Source: Heteronotia binoei (Eukaryota). Taken from it: a DNA stretch of 64,000 nucleotides. Each line of letters begins with the position of its first letter. Position 1 is the stretch's first letter. The notes under the pieces are model-generated. The model had not been told where the DNA came from. It did no database searches and saw nothing but the letters and a program-made list of their open reading frames with translations. A program made the position numbers and the translations under genes. Shown in pieces: positions 36,936 through 47,906 of this stretch. The stretch covers positions 47,678,001 to 47,742,000 of the forward strand of contig NC_083233.1 in NCBI RefSeq assembly GCF_032191835.1, in the 5' to 3' direction.

Positions 36936-38889
36936 AGAACAGGTATTCCTCTATGCTTGCTCTTCATTTTCTACCACTCTGTTGCTGTTCTAACAATCTT
37001 CCAGAACACTGGCCTCACTCAGGTAGAGCCTTGGTTTCGGTGGCTACTGCTGAGCACACACAGTCATTCTACAGTTGCAGTGGGCCAGCTTTCAAATTGC
37101 TGTCTCTCCTTCAGTGTCCATTCTCCATTCCAGGGGTGCATTATTATCCCTTGAGTGTATGTGGGAGAGACAGACAAGATGGATTTCATGACAGCCTGTG
37201 CTTGCTCAATGCACTACTTGATTGCTGGGTGGAACACCATTAGTATTTTTTTCTCATTGTCTGTGTTTGTTATTGTGCGTCTGTTTCTAGCATGGCTGTC
37301 ATCTTACTTTGCTCTCAGATGCTGTGCAAGCATGTCAGGAAGGAAGTGGCTATTTGTGGGCTTGCCAGCATTTTTTCTCTGGCAGGCTTCTAACATGCAG
37401 GAGTTTATCTGCAGATAAAGGTGTTTACCTGTCTTGCATTACCAGGCCTTGGGGAAAGCATCACCAGTTGAATAAATGCTCTGAAGGAGCTGCAAATGGA
37501 GGCTCCTTCAGGGAGTAAAAATGGTACTGCACTCATGGGGAATCAACCCGGTGACAGTACAGGGCCCCAACCTCTGAGTAGAAGGTGCTGAGAAGTCTGT
37601 GCGCAGTGATCTTGCAAATGTGCCCCAGACTGTACAAAATCCACCCAGTGAATCACTGGCTTGCTACAATGATTGCTTTGGCATTCCTTACTCAGAGACC
37701 AGAAGAGAAAGAAATCTACAGGGTGGGAATGGTACTTGTTTAGGAGCTTCAAGAGAGAAAGGCTGCCATTTTGTGAAAGATTTGGGGACTTAAACATCCT
37801 CAACTGTACAGTGTCTGCTGTCTCATAAAAGATCCTGTGGGGCCAGACTGAGCATTGGTTAGACTGTGTGTTGTCTCTGGTATGCATTTCTGACTCCAGG
37901 CAGCTCAGCTTTCTCAGCAACATCCCTGAAGGGAGCCCTACCAGGATGATATCATGGTGCATCATGCTGAGAAAGGAGAGAGTGGCCGGTGTTTCCTCTC
38001 TCCCTAGGCCTGACCATTGGCAGTGGCAAGCCAGTAGACTGTACCTCATCCAAAGCCCTCTTGCAATATATCCTCCCTATTTGGAGAGAATGTTTTCAAG
38101 ATAGATTGGGAAAATGTCCATTTGTGGAATCTGGGAAGACCAAAGAGATGCAGTTTGGGGTCTAGCGTGGGTGGCCTGTGCACTTCTTCTGCACTTCCAT
38201 AATCTCTGTTTACCCTGTTAGATTGTAAACAGAGATTACTACCGAGTCACCCAGCATGTTGTTCTCTTCCTTCTTAACAAAAAGGATAGAATGCCTTGAA
38301 CCTTCTGTTGCTCAAGGAAGGGGGAGAGTGAACCAGACATGTTGCAAGGAGGGAAACGATGCTCCGCCTCAGTGACCTTCTGCTCGAGGTTGGCAATGCT
38401 ACTTGCCTTCGGCAGGCAATAATTTGAGAGACAGTCTTCTCGCCTGCTGTTCTGGGGAAATGAGCAGATCCTCTTCCAATTACCCAGAAGAAGCCACTTC
38501 TCTTACTTGGCTGGGGAAGAGAAGAGAAACTGGAGCCTGTCTTTTCCCTTTCGCTCAGCATCGTGGGTGTCAGAGTTTCTTCCTTACTCTGCATTCACTG
38601 CCTCCCAGATGACAAGGACCACGAGACAGCAGGGGAATCCCACATGGGAATAGGAACCTCGACTAAGTTGGAGCTGTAATGGCTAGCTGGACAGCAGACA
38701 GGCTTTTGGGGAGCCCTTCCAGTTCAGTCACCTTTTCCCAGTCACTGCAAACTCCAGCATTGCTGGCACTGGGTATGCTTCTGTATCTGTTGTCTGCACC
38801 CTGATCTGAAGGTCCTAACAGCCCAACCGTGTCTGGGTTACAGCCAGACAATGAGGATCAAGGATGCAACAGTGTTATGTATCTTCATC

Positions 38890-39190
38890 ATCATCTCGAT
38901 TTTTTAACTACCCTCCCCGAAGGGTGGTGCACAACGTAATCATATAAAACATAAGTCAAAACAGATTAAAACCAATAAAACACAGCCATTTAACTAGAGA
39001 CAGTGCTGAAACCCCAATAGCACACTACCTCACAGAGAAGGGCAGGGAGGTGGGAATGCCAAGATGGAACCGTTGCTGTCCTCAAATGTACGCCTGGTAG
39101 AACATCTCTGCCTTAAGCGCCCTGCAGAACTGTAACAAGTCCCACAGGGCACAGATGTTATTTGGCAGAGTGTTCCACCAGGGCAGAGAA
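38890..39190 (-). mobile_element. L2 LINE 3' fragment
   Basis: GGCAGAGTGTTCCACCAGG (WNSLP region on -) and tail. Confidence 0.55.
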
Positions 39191-39234
39191 TGTTACATGT
39201 TACACTAGTATGAGTGTATTGCACTGCAGTATGG

Positions 39235-40204
39235 GTGTATAAGGGTCAAAGAAGCAACTGTCAGAACAGGATATGGAACAACTGAATTGTTTAGAATAGG
39301 AAAGGGAGTTCGACAATGATGCATATTGTCACCCTGCTTATTTAATTTATATGCAGAGTACATCATGCAGAACACTGGCCTGGATGAAGCAGAAGCCGGA
39401 ATTAAGATTTCCGGGAAAAACATCAGATAAACAGATGATCCCACTCTAATGGCAGAAAGTGAGGAGGACCTAAAGAACCTCTTGTTGAGGGTGAAAGAGG
39501 AGAGCACAAAAGTAGGCTTGAAACTCAACATCAAAAAAACTAAGATCATGGCATCTGGCCCCATCACACCTTGGCAAATAGAAGGGGAAGACATGGAAGT
39601 AGTGACAGACTTCACATTTCTGGGATTCAAGATCATTGCAGATGGTGACTGTAGCCATGAAATTAAAAGATGTTTGCTCCTTGGGAGGACAGCTATGGCA
39701 AACCTGGGCAGTATAATAAAAAGTAGAGACATCACCCTGCAAACAAAAGTCTGTATAGCGATGGTATTCCCAGTAGAGTGACGTATGGCTGTGACAGCTG
39801 GAACATAAGGAAGGCCAAGCGCAGAAGAATAGATGCTTTTGAGATATGGTGCTGGAGAAGAATCTTGAGAGTCCCTTGGACTGCAAGAAGATCAAATCAG
39901 TCAGTCCTAAGGGAAATCAACCCAGACTGTTCCTTGGAAGGTTAGGTGCTGAAGCTGAAGCTCAAATACTTTGGCCACCAAATGAGAAGAGAGCACTCAC
40001 TGGAGAAGATCCTGATGCTGGGAAAGACAGAAGGCAAAAGAAGAAGGGGACGGCAAAAGATGAGATGGCTGGACAGCGTTACTGATGTAACAAACACGAA
40101 TTTGAGCAGACTTCGAAGGATGGTGGAAGACAGAAGGGCCTGGTGTGACTTTGTCCATGGGTTCACAAAGAGTCGGACTCAACTGTGCGACTGAACAACA
40201 ACAA
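39235..40204 (+). mobile_element. BovB (RTE) LINE, 5'-truncated and inactive
   Basis: MAESEEDLKNLLLRVKEESTKVGLKLNIKKTKIMASGPI...; LKLKYFGHQMRR; (CAA)n tail; the YADD motif is disrupted by a stop (N-I-R-stop-T-D-D). Confidence 0.93.
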
Positions 40205-41998
40205 TGGGTGTGATATTCCTCTGAACCCCATTTTTTAAAAAAACACATTTCTAGGTCATGTATCCTAGATCTGAGAGGAAGGCTGGGATGAAGACCCTGC
40301 TGTTCTTTTATAACTATCCTGACCCTTTCCCAGAACAGCTGTTCTCAGGAGGTGCAAGCTAAGGGCTCTCAGCAGAAGGGGCCCAAGGATCTTGGTTGTA
40401 TCTGCACAAACCTCATAAGCAGAAGGTCAACTGCTCCATTTTGAACTCTTGCTCTGACATTTTAAAGTTTGAGTCTAATCCAGATCTGTTTTAATTATTG
40501 ATTTATAAAAACATGTGCATGCATGTAAGACTTTTGAGCACAGCTCATCTTTGTCTCCTCTATCAGTTGGTACTTTCTCTCCACCTCTGTTCAGATCATC
40601 ACTTCAAGTGCAACCTTCACTTAAGATTCACTTGCTTAATACAGCCATCCTTTTCACAGGGACTCTGCATCCAACAATCTGCACCCCTTCCAAAAGGGCC
40701 ATATGTATGACACCCTGCCTCACCTGCACATGCAGTGCTCAAAGGCCACAGTATACATATGAGAAAGAGATTCTGTCACGGCTGCCACATGAGTCTCAAA
40801 TGGCTTTCCTTCTGTCAGGCCTCATTGTGTATATATTTGCAGCAACCTTTCTGCTCATTGTGGGGGGAAATGGTGGGCAGAGCTCAGATTCTCTGCTCTC
40901 CTCCTCTATCTTTGTAGGAGAATGACTTCACCTCTGAAGCATCCAGGGATGCTGATGTTGCCTCTGTACAGTGTGCCCTGTTCTGGATTTGTATCCTGTC
41001 CCCTTATCCTGCTGGGTTACTTCCCTGCATTGTTTGTCTACCAGTGTGCAAAGGAAGTTGAAACAGACCCTGGGAATCAGCCATAAGGATGCACAAAGCA
41101 ATTGTGGTGAGGAGAAGGGAGGGGAGGATATGAGGGAGACATCCCTCTCTCCCTTTGAGCTCTTGGCAGTCTCTCCACAACCCTTAAACTGCTCATTTCC
41201 CCCCACAAATCGTTGGAAGCTGATTATAGGCACACACCAGAAAAGCCAGACAACAGGGGCCTCTTGTTCTCTGGTGTGTGTGTATGGGGGGAGGACAGCA
41301 CCCCTCAAAGGCAACACAGTTCTCATTGCACTGCTGAGAACTCTTACTTCTAAAAAGGGTTACCACCCTGTTCTGTTAGGCTCCTGTGCCTCTTACAATG
41401 GTACAGCAGGTAGAGATTCAACTGGCAAAGTCTTTCCTAGCATAGAAAGACAGGCACACAGAAGCTTTGCATGTGGAACATCTGCTCATAAATGGCTGCT
41501 ATGGGCAGAAAATTCTAGGAAAAAACAGTGGCTGAGACTGGCAAGAGGGATCTTCCTGTCTAAGCCATTCCACTTGCCAAGACCAGGGCAGAAGTCAGCA
41601 ACCTCTTTTGTGAATAGGGTCAGACGGATTTGTTAGAAACCACACAGCTGTCCTAGATGTGCATGCTGCAGACACAAACATATTTTCATCAAGCAGATTC
41701 TGAAACTGGCACTCTTCGAGAGGGCAGGGGAGGGGGAGAGAATCTGTTTTGCCCTTGAAAAATTCTGGCATCTAAACTGCCCGGACAGCTTGTGTCAAAG
41801 GCCATCCTCTGTCAGCATCCTGCATCTTACAACTGCCCAGATGCTCTGGGAAGTCTCCAAGCAGGCCTCAGCAAACAGCCACCTGCCTGTTGTTGGCTCC
41901 AGCACCTGCTATTCAGAGGTAGACTGCCTCAATATATGGAGTTGCCTGCATAACTATCATGGCCAGTGTCTCCTCTTCCATAACTAATTCTAAATAAC

Positions 41999-42199
41999 CA
42001 GGGCTTTTTTGGTAGAAAAAGCCCAGCAGGAATTCATCTGCATATTAAGGCCACACCCCTTGACATCACCATTGTTTCACACAGGGCTTTTTTGGTAGAA
42101 AAAGCCAAGCAGGAACTCATTTGCCTATTAGGCCACACCCCCTGATGCTAAGCCAGACAGAACTGTGTTCCTGTGCGTTCTTGCTCAAAAAAAGCCCTG
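41999..42199. mobile_element. hAT MITE (CAGGGCTTTTT family)
   Basis: TIRs; perfect 8-bp TSD TAAATAAC (41991-41998, 42200-42207). Confidence 0.88.
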
Positions 42200-42344
42200 T
42201 AAATAACCCATCTGTACTAGTGATCATCATCATACCATGTGACAGTTAACTCAGAACTCACATGTCAAGGTTTGGATTTATTTTATCTTTATATATTTGT
42301 ATTCAACTTTCCTCCCCAATGGGGATCCAAAGCAGCTTATACAA

Positions 42345-42740
42345 TAGCCAATAGGGTGTAGTACATTAAGTGTTGAACTAAGACCTGTGAGCCCCAGGTG
42401 TGAATCCCTACTCTGCCATGAAAGTTTGCTGGGGGACCTTGGGGCAGTCATACACTCTCAACCTAACCCATCTCACAGGGTTGTTGTTGTGAGCATAAAA
42501 TGAAGGAGAGAAGAACAATGTCAGTCACTTTGGGAAGACAGGTGGGGTATTACTGAAGTAAATGAACAAACATCTACATCACTTTCTCCTCCTCCCCTTT
42601 ATCCTCATAACTCTCTCCCTGTGAGGAAACTCAGACTGAGAGAGAATGCCTGGCTCAAGGTCACCCAGTGAGCTTCTGTGGCAGAGCAGGAATTCGAACT
42701 TGGGCTTCCAAGAACCAGTCTGATACTTTACCCACTAAAG
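42345..42740. mobile_element. Two older tRNA-SINE fragments in opposite orientations (~42345-42545 +, ~42590-42740 -)
   Basis: Degenerate A/B boxes and the CCTCACAGGGTTGTTG core shared with the other SINEs; similar fragments at ~35590, ~36290 and ~44690-44885. Confidence 0.55.
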
Positions 42741-43204
42741 TGTACAGCCAATCATTTCTCAGTGTGGCTGGGGCTGATGATGACCTCTCTGTTGCTCTAG
42801 ACTGGCAATTTCCCTTTGAGTGTGTGAGTGTGACGTTTCCCTTTCCCTGCGTGTCACATCACCACACCGCTATTTTAGCATTTCCCCTTTTGCAAAGCTG
42901 CTTCTCAGTAAAATGTAAACAGAGCGAAGAGCGGCGCTGGGGCAGATGCCTGGGAGTCATGTGACTCAGAGCAGTCTTTAAACAGTCACATTGGGGAATT
43001 TTGAATCTGGGCATGATTAAGAGTGTGTTTCCTAGAAATTAAGACTGGTCAAGGTATGAGGGTGAAGGGTTTGCAAGCTTTCTCCTGTTCTGCTCACCAC
43101 CACCCCCATTTCCATGAGGCTGCAGGAAGAGATTCTGTTAGGCAACAGGGAAACTTAGTAACCTTTCTGTTGTTTCCACTTTAGCTATAAATATACCTAT
43201 GTAT

Positions 43205-43325
43205 GTACACCCCATGACATCTGATGAAGTAAGCCCTGACTCATGAAAGCTTCTGTAGGAATACGTTTTGTTAAGACACCACTTCAGTCCTTTTCAGTTT
43301 TGCCACAACAAACTAACACGACCAT
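43205..43325 (+). mobile_element. Penelope-like pLTR remnant with a decayed minimal hammerhead ribozyme motif
   Basis: CTGATGA (43221-43227), stem II, GAAAGCT (43245-43251). Confidence 0.6.
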
Positions 43326-44911
43326 CCCCCTGGAATAACAAACCTCACTCCAGTTGTTAGTGAGATGGTAGCACACCAGTCAGGCCTCCAAAGGCACTGT
43401 TCTCTGAGTTTAAGAGAGACGCTGACACAGGCAGGAGAGGACACAAGCAAAAACTGTCTGGGTGATTAAGAAAAGGATGGAGGAACAGGGGAGCATTTAG
43501 CCTAGACACAATGAAATTAAAAGAAAAGTGAGATTTGTCCACAGCTTCCTGACTTTTAAATGCCCATCACAGAAAAGGGAGTAAACACTTGTTTATTTGC
43601 CAGAGACAGGGCACCAAATGGGTTTCAGCTACAAAAAAAAGTAGGCTAAAGTTAAGCATTGTGAGGAAATGTTCTCATTGTGAGAGCAGCTTAGGGACTT
43701 AAAAAGAGCCAATGCAAACATGCAGGGAGGCACATGACACAATCTCTCCTCGGCCAGTCCCACCACAGAATGCTTGTGGAGAGGTCACTTCCCTGAAAGC
43801 CCCCTCAGCCTGGAGAAAAAAAATGGACCAGGGAGAACTAGCCCTGCTGCCAGCATGAGCAAGGCATGCTGGTTCCACAGCAAAGGATCCTTTAGAGAAT
43901 GAACACTGGTTTAAACTGTTAGCTTCTGTGAGCCTTGGTATTTGCAGTTGCTGAAGCCAGGGGTTGCATAGTTAGCCAGTCTAGATCTTAATGATGTAAT
44001 GTCAGCAGGATGATGCTGATTTCAGCCCCTTCATTCTAAGTCATTGTTAGTTCGCTTGCTGCCAGGAAGTTACAAAACTTGGTGAATAAGACCTCTATGA
44101 CCTCCATGGAACAGAAAACACTTCACTATCATCTTTTGTATACTAGAAGTGTGCCCACACATTCACTGGCTGTGATCACCTTATAGTGTTGGGGCCTATT
44201 GCATTTTCCCCAGTCCTCAGCTATAGAGATATCAAGGTGTGGTCTGGCATGTGACACAGCCACCTTGTTGAAGCTAAGATGGTTTGGGTCCAGTTGCTAC
44301 TTAAATGGGAAGCATCTTAGGATTTCCCTGACTAGGAGAAGCCAGCACAGTTACCAAGAAGTGTTTCGCCAGCATCAGTTAAGTTGGGTGTGCTTTGTGT
44401 GTGTAGTCCCAGTATGTCACAAGACAGCTTGAAGTGCATAGGTGCAAGAAGGTGGTTTTTCACTTGACTCTTCTTTCCACAGATCTGCTGAATTTCTTTA
44501 GCAATTACATGATATGTGCCCCATTGTTTCCAGAGGGGAATCAAATGAGACTGAGAAAGGGCTGTCTTGGAGCTTCTTTGTGCTCTTTCAGCTTCTCCCC
44601 AGGCATTTCAGGCACACAGGCAGCTGGTGTGCAAGTTTTGCCACAACAAACTAACACAGTGCAAGACCAAAGCAGGTCTATGTATTTACTTCATTTTTGC
44701 CCCACTTTTCTCCACCATGGGGAGACCAAAGTTCTCCTCTTATCCATTTTATCCTCACAACAACCATGCGAGGTAGGTTAATCTGAGAGAGTGCGTCTGG
44801 TCTGAGGGCCCAGCAAGATTTTGTGGTAGAACAGGGATTCAAAAACCAATTTCCCAGATTCTAGTCCCAACTCTAACCAGACTGGTTCTTTGTTGGCTGA
44901 TGATGAACAAC

Positions 44912-45391
44912 TTGGGCTGCCAATCCCCAGGTGGGCGCAAGGAATCCCTGGTTTGGAGGCCCTTTCCCTGCTTCAGGGTCATCAGAAAGCAGGGTGGGGG
45001 GAGGGAAATGTCTGCTGGGCACTCAATTATTTCCTACGGAGACTGATTCCCATAGGATATAACGAAGCTGTAGGTATCTGGGGCTCGGGGTGGGGCTGTT
45101 TTTTTGAGGTAGAAGCACCAAATTTGTAGCATAGCATCCAGTGCCTCACCTCAAAACACCCTCAAAGTTTCAAAAGGATTGGAACAGGGAGTCCAATTCT
45201 ATGAGCCCCAAAAGAAAGTGCTCCTATCCTTCATTATTTCTAATGGAGGGAAGGCATTTAAAAGGTGTGCGGTCCCTTTAAATGTGATGGCCAGAATTCC
45301 CTTTGGCGTTCAATTGTGCGTATCACAACCTTGCTCCTGGCTCCACCCCCAAAGTCCCCAGATATTTCTTGAATTGGACTTGTCAACTCTA
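44912..45391. mobile_element. Non-autonomous DNA transposon (same TAGGGTTGCCA family)
   Basis: Degenerate TIRs; internal sequence matches 2228-2755. Confidence 0.75.
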
Positions 45392-45499
45392 TGAACAACT
45401 GCAGGGAACACAATCAAAAACCGACCTTTCCCCTTCTGATGTCTTGTTAACCAGATAGCTGAATAATGCTCATTATTTTATCGCAATCGCAGAAAAGAA

Positions 45500-45800
45500 C
45501 TGAACTGCAGCGTTGTTCCGAAGACTAACCAACAAGGAGCCATCAAGGCACAGGTACCCGCTCGAGAACAAACAGCACATGAAGCCCAGAGCAGGCTGTA
45601 TGCAGAAGCGCGCCCGCCGAGTAATCGGCTCATGCTGTGGCGCCAAGCACCAAAGATCGCCACGTGGCACAGCTGGCTTGACCGAGAGGTCTCTTCTTGC
45701 CAAAAAGCGGAAGTCAATGACGTAGTCCTAAAACTCCCCCGGGAGCCCCACCGTAACAAATAAGTCGGTCTGGCGCCATCTAGAGGCTCCATATGCTAGT
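45500..45800 (-). promoter_or_regulatory. CpG-rich housekeeping-type promoter (orphan; probably drives a - strand transcript)
   Basis: ETS GCGGAAGT 45707-45714, CRE-like TGACGTA 45718-45724, E-box palindrome GCCACGTGGC 45659-45668, CTCF-like site 45773-45786. Confidence 0.55.
45773..45786 (-). promoter_or_regulatory. CTCF-like site (points left)
   Basis: GCGCCATCTAGAGG versus consensus GCGCCMYCTAGTGG. Confidence 0.55.
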
Positions 45801-46018
45801 TTCGTACAAACGAAAAAAAGATTATTGGAGGTCCGGGTTGCTGTGGGTCTGTGACATTTTGACATGGAGATCATTGATGCGGACTCCATGGTGAGGCTTC
45901 AGGCGTGTCCCCCATTTCAGCATCAGTCCCTTTTCTGTAAAATGAAGAAATCCGCGGCCCATCTCGCAGTGTCGTTAAGACAAAACACTTTGCAGAGAAA
46001 CAGCGTTTTATGAATGAG

Positions 46019-46215
46019 TAGTGTTCCTTCTTAGCTGAGTTACTGTGAGCTAGCTCACAGTTTTTTAGCCTGTGGCTCGCACATTTTTGTTTTATTCGCT
46101 CAGGAAAAATGGCCCCAGAACAAACTAATTTAGGCAGTAGCACACAACTTTAATCCCAGTAGCTCATGAAGTAGAATTTTTGCTCACAAGACTCTACAGC
46201 TTAGAGGCAGTATTG
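46019..46215. mobile_element. hAT MITE (same family as 27249-27441)
   Basis: Sequence homology, degenerate TIRs. Confidence 0.7.
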
Positions 46216-46619
46216 ATGAAGAGTATTTAATGGCAGGTCAGTCAGGATTTCCCATTTGGAATATCTGCAGAAGTGAGCAGATATCACAAACTCATCCCGT
46301 CACAAATTTTGTTTGTCTTTAAGATGCTATTGAACTCTTACTCTTTCCTACTGCTACAGACAAACACAGCTACCCATCTGGATCTATCTCCATTGGAGCA
46401 GGTGTGATGAATGCATGCGCAACAGCTTGTTTTCCTCGGGAGAGCATGGCCATTGGCCTCTATGCAACGGTTGGTCGGGGAGCTGGTTTTCTCCTCTGCC
46501 TTTTGGAGCCCACAAAACTGTTCACCATAAGGACACAGAGATACAGAAGAGCTAACGTGAGATAATAATACCTGGGCTAGCACTGTTTATTCTGTCTTTG
46601 TGTTAAATGCGTCTCCCCG

Positions 46620-47900
46620 CTGTCTGAACCCAGACGCTTCTGACAGCCTGCAGAATCAACAAGCCTCGCTCTGGATACAATTTGACGACGTGTGGAAAGG
46701 AAGGCGGCTGCAAGCGCAGCGCGAGGGGAACCGACCAGCGAATGGCTGAGCCGGAAGAGGCTCAGTCGCCGTGGGAAAGATCCCTTTTGAGAAGGGGCTT
46801 GCGAGCGGGCCTCTCACTAAGTTCGGCCAGAGCCGAGGACTTCCCAAGGCAACGGCCGCGCTACAGCAAAAAGCTCCCTTTCCAGTGGGAGACGATCCGG
46901 TTGCCAACCGGGGTGGTGGCACCAGAAGCACGACCCCCCCCCCCCCCCGAAGACTTGAAATCCGAGGAGAGGCCCATGGGTGGCGGTGACGAAAGAAAGC
47001 TCCTTTTCGAAGCAGCGCACCATTGTTCTACAAGCCGACACGTGGAAGGAGCGGGACGGCGCAGTGCAAAGGCTGCCGTGTGAGCTCCGGCCCCGGGTCT
47101 TTCAGATTCGCAAAAATCCTTCGGGCGAGGCAGCAATCGAACGTCTCCTGGCTATTGGGGACCAATAATCGTTGCACGTAATTCAGTGGGTTCCACTATT
47201 TGGATATTTATAACATAAAGGCGAGGCTAAGAAAATTCGGTACACACACGCATGCAACTTGTCCCGTTGAAATTAGCGGGATACCTCCAGCAGCAGCTGG
47301 AGTCCCACTTCTACGGATCCTTCTTTGTTTCTCATCATGCGTACAGAAAGCCCTGAGGAACAAGATGAGTCCCATGTATTTCTGGACGCTTCCCTTTTTG
47401 GCCACTGAGGAAAGCAACGTATGGCTGTGAACAGCAGGGGGCGCTAGAGGCTAGGCGGAACGGAGCTGGGCGCCATCCAATCCTGACAGCGAAGCTGCTC
47501 GGAACTGGCCAAACTTGGAAACGCAGAACCTAAATAATAGCGGCCGTTTAAAAGCAGCAGCAATGAATCCTTCCGAAGTCCCTTGCGCACAGAGCCCAGC
47601 AAAAGGAAATACAATCCTAGCGGCTGGAAGAGCTCAAGGCAGACGCGGCACTGCGAAAAATCCCAGGCAACTGTCTAGCTCCGCCCCTTCCCCGGCCTGT
47701 CCATCCCCAAATTCTATTATTCTGAGCCTGCAAATAAGGGCGGAGGGGGGACAGCGCGCCTTTAGCTGCTGCTAAACCGACAGTCCTGGAATTAGTTTAA
47801 GCATTTATGGGTCACTTTGACCGCAGACGTTAAAGGCAACTAACATCAAAGCAAATGAAATAATCAGGAGCAGCGAAAGCCCAGAGGGATTATTATTAGT
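46620..47900. promoter_or_regulatory. CpG-rich island with no recognisable gene
   Basis: High CpG density relative to the CpG-depleted flanks. Confidence 0.55.
47432..47446 (+). promoter_or_regulatory. CTCF-like site (points right)
   Basis: CAGCAGGGGGCGCTA versus consensus CCASYAGGKGGCGCT. Confidence 0.55.
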
Positions 47901-47906
47901 CAGTTG

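Noticed and set aside
40971-41636. 221-aa + ORF
   Set aside because: No family motif, non-ATG start and no consistent splice partners; treated as chance.
34600-44600. Scattered short resemblances to TRMT2B (IPLW, CFLFHGGH, CPLLPV, VFHP) on -
   Set aside because: Only 3-5 residue matches, not in collinear order, and the diagnostic DICCGTG and FFQ motifs are absent.
46742-47083. 113-aa ORF MAEPEEAQSPW... in the orphan CpG island
   Set aside because: Weak Kozak context, overlaps an ETS site (CCGGAAG), and the resemblance to the HDAC8 N-terminus stops after a few residues.
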